Below, piece after piece: positions 62,001-64,000 of a stretch of 64,000 bases of DNA. How positions within the stretch are numbered: the first letter of the stretch is position 1; the number at the start of each line of letters is the position of its first letter. The notes beneath the pieces are model-generated. The model searched no databases, was not told the DNA's origin, and saw nothing but the letters and a program-made list of their open reading frames with translations. This stretch comes from a bacterium (GTDB taxonomy: Bacteria > Patescibacteriota > Patescibacteriia > UBA9570), in contig JAUYKW010000025.1 in assembly GCA_030698395.1 (NCBI GenBank), positions 4,179 to 68,178 of the forward strand, written 5' to 3'. Both the position numbers and the translations under genes were made by a program.

Positions 62001-64000
62001 ACTGACTCATTCACTTTTCGAGTAAATGATGGCACCCTCAATAGTGCTACTGCAACTATCACTTTAAATATTTCAAATGTTAATGATGCTCCGGTTGCAT
62101 ATAACCAGAGCACCTCAACAAACGAAGATACAGCAAAAGTTATCACTATTCTTTCTAACGATATTGAAAATGATGCTCTCACATATTCCATAGTTTCCAA
62201 TCCAACTCACGGTATTCTTTCTGGAACTGGCAATAAAAGAACATACACTCCGGCTAAAAACTACAATGGTTCAGATTCCTTCACTTTCAAAACCAATGAC
62301 GGAGAATATAATAGCAACACTGCAACAGTAAGTTTAACCGTCAATGCAATCAATGATGCACCAACTGTAAATGCCCAAGTTATAACTGTAATTGAAGATA
62401 CACCAAAATCATTCACCCTAACTGGTAGTGATGTTGAAAATGATCCTTTAACATTTTCTGTTGCATCACAAGGCTCTAAAGGAACTGTTGCATTAATTGG
62501 AACAAATGTTACCTACACACCAAATGCAAACGCCACAGGATCTGACTCTTTCACTTTCAAAGCTAATGATGGCAAGCTCAATAGCACAACTGCCACCGTC
62601 ACTGTTACCATAACTCCAGTTAATGACACACCAAATGCTCCAACAATATTCTCACCTTGTTGTGAAGATACTACTTCTTCTTTAAAACCAACTATCTCTT
62701 GGAATGATGCCATTGATGTAGATAATACATCTGCTGAGTTGAAGTATGAAATTAGATTAGGCACAAATACAAATCCAGAGAATACCTATGACTTCACTTC
62801 AACAACCTCTAGTGGTATCACTCAAACTATTATAAACAACAACCTCTCGAACGAAACAATCTACTATTACGTTGTACGTACAATTGATCTTGACAAAAAA
62901 ACATCCTCATGGTCTACAATTCAACAATTTTATGTGAATACAGCATATCTTCCAGAATTAACATTAACCAAAGCAAGTTCTGTTAGTAATGCATCAATAG
63001 CTGTGAGAGCTGTTAATTGGTTAAATAGAGCGTTTAAAATATTACCCCTCCCAACGCAGGTTTCTGCTGCTACTGTGATAAATAATTTTGATGCACTATA
63101 TACTCTGACACATTCTCTAATTGGATTACTAATCCTAATATTAATCGCAACATCAGTTGCTATTCTGAGGCACGCCAGAAAAGTACATCATGTTGCACCT
63201 CTATTGATCGGTCATCCAGCAAATACATATGCAAAATTAGCAGAACTGAAAGAAAGTCCTGTTAAAGAAACATCCTTTTCAAGTTTTAAACAAACTCTCC
63301 AAGTTGGTAGACTTATTTTTTCAGCTGCAACTATTACTCTGTCTGCCGTCATAATCATTCAAGAATTGATTCTACCCAATTCAGTATTAGCAGAAAAGAT
63401 TATCTCTGCTTCACAGGGTGTAGTTGAACCAGGGAATGTAATTACAGTATCGCTTGATTATGAAAACACCGGAGATGGTGATGCTACATCTTCCTTTATC
63501 GCTGATTCTATTCCAAATGGAGCTAGCTTTATTGCAGGATCAGCCAGTATTAATGGAATTCCCGAGCCTGATGACAATTTCATCTCTGGATCAAGTATTT
63601 CTGCTCAAGTTGGATCTATCACGGATAGAGATGATAATACAAATAAATCAGGGACTGTTAGTTATAATATTCAGGTTAACAACCCTTACACATACACAAA
63701 TACTCTAACTCTAGCTGTTGCAACTTTAACATCAAATGAAGTTAATCCAGTCAGCTCAAACTCTCTAGCTTACGATGTAGTCTGGGGGAGTATTACCGGA
63801 ACAGTTACAAATAGTGACACCGATGCTGGGGTCAGTAATGTTCAAATTAGCTTGTTTCAAAATGGTGAGGCTATCGCTACTACTACCACAAATAATAATG
63901 GTAATTATTCTTTTGATGGAATTTCATCTGGCGATTACACATTGATTATCACTCCACCAGCAGGATATAAAACTCCTACCCACCCCTTTACTTCTCTTGA
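59049..64000 (+). CDS. giant multidomain surface adhesin-like protein (5' partial in window; continues beyond 64000)
   Basis: ATG at 59049 with a signal peptide. I hand-checked in-frame continuity only at 59049-~59700, 61830-62110 and 62634 to the window end; continuity through the rest is inferred, not translated. Beta-helix-like G/T-rich repeats, three ~92-aa cadherin-like repeats (..TGSDSFTF.VNDG...S..ATVT..V..VNDAP..), FN3-like region, DUF11-like region, and a Cna-B/CarboxypepD_reg-like domain at the window end. Absent from the ORF track because no stop lies within the window. Confidence 0.75.
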   Translation, partial: MNFYYWKKLLRFTALLLSMAIFFAISSPVHAAIVTWDGGGTTGTCGAGNENNFNCKENWLGDVAPTSTDFAAFDGTSTKDVIIADGISIYGIDINSGYTGTITQNAGVVFPNFGGGNGFEQADGTYTINSASYFESRKSFVLSGGTFNASSGTTQLGHSLTITGGTFNHNSGTLLFQNSINNSVYSCNNTVFNTITLSRSTGTSTIGSDCTFPLGDSPTSSGYITNNGVIQITSGNWSHTTGTMDNYGTITVNGTGDVTLSGIFYNRTSAILSMDGSNITFNSDINIDSASTFPASLNVTFGGSTSSSLYCGNKVFSSATINKSYYYNAIQVRTGCTLPLGNSPSTKGLIQNFATINIGTGTWTHDGEYNGKPTGNLNFDGTTINFSGSYISEMGSNKFVAPALTTVTVFGGFRDDNNAMPDGVDLTFTAVGTAYQALQGSGGIIFGSVTIEGAGQVQLAGVKTGDLYINGTTWVPPVLLPVIATGNVIIGSGGKLTGYELRLQGSADQTIAVNGGTFDSQININKTGGTVKPITDISTSEACTVAEKTIDLDGKNYICGSLTIQDGGVLRMHGSETVTTPTLNTGSSVIYSGDGDTVNDSYTIYDWAYKHLTIDAADPQDSFNCAPAGGLEGDFESGVPPTGWTTGGDTSWTQDTTTYNEGSASANTGAITHGQETWIKRVYAPATNVSIDFEWKVSSEEGYDYLLFCVDNDSCTAETGYTERISGEVDWTQVTADLTAGSHSLVWKYVKDDSHDGGTDEGWIDNVGELFYDINVDQNMVVQSGIFKAPGNLIIGGNLDTSSGTFYHKGAEVFFDDTSQTSVITGTEFYDLTITTPGKVITFNAGDTKTVNGHLTVTGTAGNLIRLQSSAGGSPWYLNSLGSHDVSYANVSDSDASGGKEICAKNSTDSTGNTNWDFTCANQTPTANDQTINVTEELARAITLSGNDPEGSPLNYTVLTNPTKGVLSGTAPNLTYTPATNLTGTDSFTFRVNDGTLNSATATITLNISNVNDAPVAYNQSTSTNEDTAKVITILSNDIENDALTYSIVSNPTHGILSGTGNKRTYTPAKNYNGSDSFTFKTNDGEYNSNTATVSLTVNAINDAPTVNAQVITVIEDTPKSFTLTGSDVENDPLTFSVASQGSKGTVALIGTNVTYTPNANATGSDSFTFKANDGKLNSTTATVTVTITPVNDTPNAPTIFSPCCEDTTSSLKPTISWNDAIDVDNTSAELKYEIRLGTNTNPENTYDFTSTTSSGITQTIINNNLSNETIYYYVVRTIDLDKKTSSWSTIQQFYVNTAYLPELTLTKASSVSNASIAVRAVNWLNRAFKILPLPTQVSAATVINNFDALYTLTHSLIGLLILILIATSVAILRHARKVHHVAPLLIGHPANTYAKLAELKESPVKETSFSSFKQTLQVGRLIFSAATITLSAVIIIQELILPNSVLAEKIISASQGVVEPGNVITVSLDYENTGDGDATSSFIADSIPNGASFIAGSASINGIPEPDDNFISGSSISAQVGSITDRDDNTNKSGTVSYNIQVNNPYTYTNTLTLAVATLTSNEVNPVSSNSLAYDVVWGSITGTVTNSDTDAGVSNVQISLFQNGEAIATTTTNNNGNYSFDGISSGDYTLIITPPAGYKTPTHPFTSL
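61830..62640 (+). repeat. three tandem ~270-bp coding repeats (cadherin-like domains) inside the giant adhesin gene
   Basis: The protein-level repeat is visible in a manual translation. Confidence 0.7.

Overview
This 64 kb window is an AT-rich (~35% GC) bacterial chromosome segment with short intergenic regions and many 4-bp overlapping, translationally coupled genes. The 16S rRNA carries signature variants in the 515 and 785 primer regions, which suggests an uncultivated, possibly CPR/Patescibacteria-like lineage; that assignment is tentative. Clearly recognisable content: ftsH, rpsA, gyrA, tpiA, nusB-rnc-smc, rpsP-KH-(M23 peptidase)-trmD, a complete 16S rRNA with its own sigma70-like promoter and terminator but no adjacent 23S/5S (an unlinked rRNA gene), a GT39-type glycosyltransferase, cysK, an orphan membrane histidine kinase next to a PstS-like binding protein, an ABC exporter, pyrD, a complete tightly coupled histidine operon (hisG-D-C-N-B-H-[A-F fusion]-IE) preceded by a TrpR-like YerC regulator, a trxB-ccdA-dsbA redox cluster, an archaeal-type PEP carboxylase, GT2, and two very large divergent surface-protein genes (one runs off the window end). 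Eight tRNA genes occur in four clusters. The most unusual signal is a conserved 30-32 nt twin-hairpin element (tcagccNNNggctga + tccgccNNNggcgga, with GATC at the junction) found four times. In every case it is inserted at the same D-loop position (after 'CAGTT') of a truncated extra 5' copy of the tRNA lying just upstream of the intact tRNA-Val, tRNA-Pro and tRNA-Gly(GCC) genes. It appears in both orientations, and in tandem before tRNA-Gly. Other accessory features are a large serine recombinase whose 3' end overlaps tRNA-Pro (a putative small integrated island with a ~130-bp inverted-repeat structure), a tRNA-Gly(UCC)-adjacent region with a frameshifted phage tail-fibre-like repeat gene and a GIY-YIG gene, and a recurring family of GTAGGG...CCCTAC/GTCGCGAC palindromic terminators.
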